Positions 56,945 to 58,180 of a stretch of DNA of 58,180 nucleotides are shown one piece after another. Each line of letters opens with the position of its first letter. Within the stretch, counting starts at the first letter, position 1. The DNA lies in the NCBI GenBank assembly GCA_011364925.1, contig RDOA01000019.1, positions 1 to 58,180 of the forward strand, given 5' to 3'. The translations under genes and the position numbers were made by a program. The notes beneath the pieces are model-generated. The model was not told where the DNA came from. It saw nothing but the letters and a program-made list of their open reading frames with translations, and did not search any database. The stretch comes from Promethearchaeota archaeon. Its GTDB lineage: Archaea; Asgardarchaeota; Lokiarchaeia; Sigyniarchaeales; SOKP01.

Positions 56945-57625
56945 TTATAAGATTCCTGATATTGATACTCCTGGACCTAAAAGCAAGATAGCTTGTAAAA
57001 AGCAGAATCCAGCGATAATTAAGGCTAGAAATGGCCAAGATATTATTTTTGAAATAGCCATCAATGTACCTATGTAGAATTTTGCCGTAAGCGCTACAAT
57101 CGCAAAAACAATTATAAACAAAATAACAAAGAATAATGTAGGATTTATCCAAATTCCAATGAGCTGATAAGCTTGTCCAGGTATTGCCATAGCAACAATA
57201 GCTACAACGGCAGCTCCGGCTAAAAGTCCAACAACGCTAGCGATCGGGATATCGTTCATAGGTTTTAAAAATGTAAGGATTCCCAGTATAATCAGAAAAA
57301 CAGAAGTAAAAACGCTTGGTCCAGGCACTCCTCCTGCTTGTATAATATTATATGCAAATGGTCCACTTGGGGGTACGTTATACAACAATCCAGAAACTCC
57401 ACATAATAAACTCAAAACACCAACAACTATGCCAAAGTAGGTTAATACTTTTAAGAATTTTGTAATTTTGAAATCCCAATCCTCTACTTTCCTCTCCTTT
57501 ACAGAACCTCTTCGCTTTGCCTCGTATACTCCGTATATTAACCACATAACTCCCAAGATTAATACCATGAAACCAGCCATTCCTGCTAAAGGTATCAAAA
57601 ATACTTCCTTAAATTGAAAAATCAC
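56945..57625 (-). CDS. Hypothetical integral membrane protein (about 6 TM)
   Basis: Hydrophobic ORF with a GTG start preceded by the SD-like sequence AAAGGAGTGA. Confidence 0.6.
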   Translation of the reverse strand: MIFQFKEVFLIPLAGMAGFMVLILGVMWLIYGVYEAKRRGSVKERKVEDWDFKITKFLKVLTYFGIVVGVLSLLCGVSGLLYNVPPSGPFAYNIIQAGGVPGPSVFTSVFLIILGILTFLKPMNDIPIASVVGLLAGAAVVAIVAMAIPGQAYQLIGIWINPTLFFVILFIIVFAIVALTAKFYIGTLMAISKIISWPFLALIIAGFCFLQAILLLGPGVSISGIL

Positions 57626-57756
57626 AAAATTTCACTCCTTTAAATTAATTTAAATTTGTTATTATGTTGAATAACACGATCTAAGTATTTATATCATACC
57701 TAGTCCAATACTTGTTTACATCAAATTGTATCATATTGAAAACCAAGAATTAATGG

Positions 57757-58180
57757 TTACGATATAAATGATGTCGATTTTTTCACATAGTCTAAATAGG
57801 TGTTTATCTCATTATTCATTGTCTCATCATTCCAAGAATATTCCTTTTTCATAATCTCTGCTACTTTTTCAGCTGCTATAGAAGCTCGTTGGTGATGGAT
57901 CCAGAGCGACATTTCTGTTCGTCTACAAAATACATCGATTAAATGAGGGGATAGCTCGTATCGTAAAACGTAAAGAATTTCAGCGTGGATAAAGTCGTTT
58001 TCCTCAATAATTCGTTCTTTTAGAAATTCTTCCTCTTTTATCATATCGAGGATTTGAATTGCACCTTTTCCATATTGCTGATAGAGATGATCTGAAATAT
58101 CTTCATCAAGAATTACACCTGATTTCTTTAGTGCGTCAGACCAGTCATCTTTTTCAAGAGATATAATAAACGGCTGCCTG
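57757..58180 (-). CDS. glpD: C-terminal part of FAD-dependent glycerol-3-phosphate dehydrogenase/oxidase (N-terminus outside the window)
   Basis: The frame stays open upstream of the track ORF to the window edge: ...DISDHLYQQYGKGAIQIL...AEILYVLRYE.S.HLIDVFCRRT...A.IM.KEYSW. This matches the GlpD C-terminal domain pattern. Confidence 0.75.
   Translation of the reverse strand, partial: RQPFIISLEKDDWSDALKKSGVILDEDISDHLYQQYGKGAIQILDMIKEEEFLKERIIEENDFIHAEILYVLRYELSPHLIDVFCRRTEMSLWIHHQRASIAAEKVAEIMKKEYSWNDETMNNEINTYLDYVKKSTSFIS

Noticed and set aside
4584-57152. Other short ORFs nested in or antisense to confident genes (e.g. 4584, 5388, 8276, 8724, 11718, 14852, 16945, 20685, 21475, 28713, 30127, 32360, 34730, 37369, 39481, 40553, 47718, 53123, 55977, 56940)
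   Set aside because: They overlap genes with clear family motifs and show no protein-like features of their own.
56945-57625. Membrane protein as a gamma-secretase APH-1 or PEN-2 homologue
   Set aside because: No recognisable conserved His residues or sequence similarity; hydrophobicity alone is insufficient.
1-58180. tRNA/rRNA genes, CRISPR arrays, transposases, integrases, defence islands
   Set aside because: Intergenic gaps are short and AT-rich, with no cloverleaf, regularly spaced repeats or mobile-element motifs visible by eye. A covariance-model scan was not possible, so small ncRNAs are not excluded.

Overview
Gene-dense, AT-rich archaeal chromosomal segment. The gene content points to an Asgard archaeon of the Lokiarchaeia (Promethearchaeota); this is inferred from protein families, not from a marker-gene placement. 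Housekeeping genes include L35Ae, GlyRS, XPD, RecJ/Cdc45-like DHH, beta-CASP nuclease, archaeal DHQ synthase II, glycogen synthase, a GH57 hydrolase, two MTA phosphorylases and apt. C1 metabolism is represented by mch, mtd, ftr, an FrhB-like protein and gcvT-H-PA-PB. Eukaryotic-signature proteins include an ESCRT-III/Snf7 subunit, a Rab-like GTPase, a RagA/Gtr1-like GTPase-roadblock fusion, two roadblock proteins and a presenilin-like protease. The most interesting candidates are: (1) a 698-aa B-box/coiled-coil/PH-GRAM/low-complexity protein ending in a TSG101/Vps23-like steadiness box, convergent with the Snf7 gene; (2) an NAD(P)-binding SDR fused in frame to QueC, divergent from queD; (3) a Rag-like GTPase whose P-loop lies upstream of the first ATG, best explained by an ATA start behind a GGTGA Shine-Dalgarno; (4) a eukaryote-like presenilin; (5) a coiled-coil + twin GNAT + membrane acetyltransferase gene run. 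Three coding regions are absent from or truncated in the ORF track: a roadblock gene at the left edge, a 59-aa ORF at 25535, and the upstream extension of glpD at the right edge. I saw no tRNA, rRNA, CRISPR array or mobile element. All family calls come from motif recognition by eye; no database searches were run.
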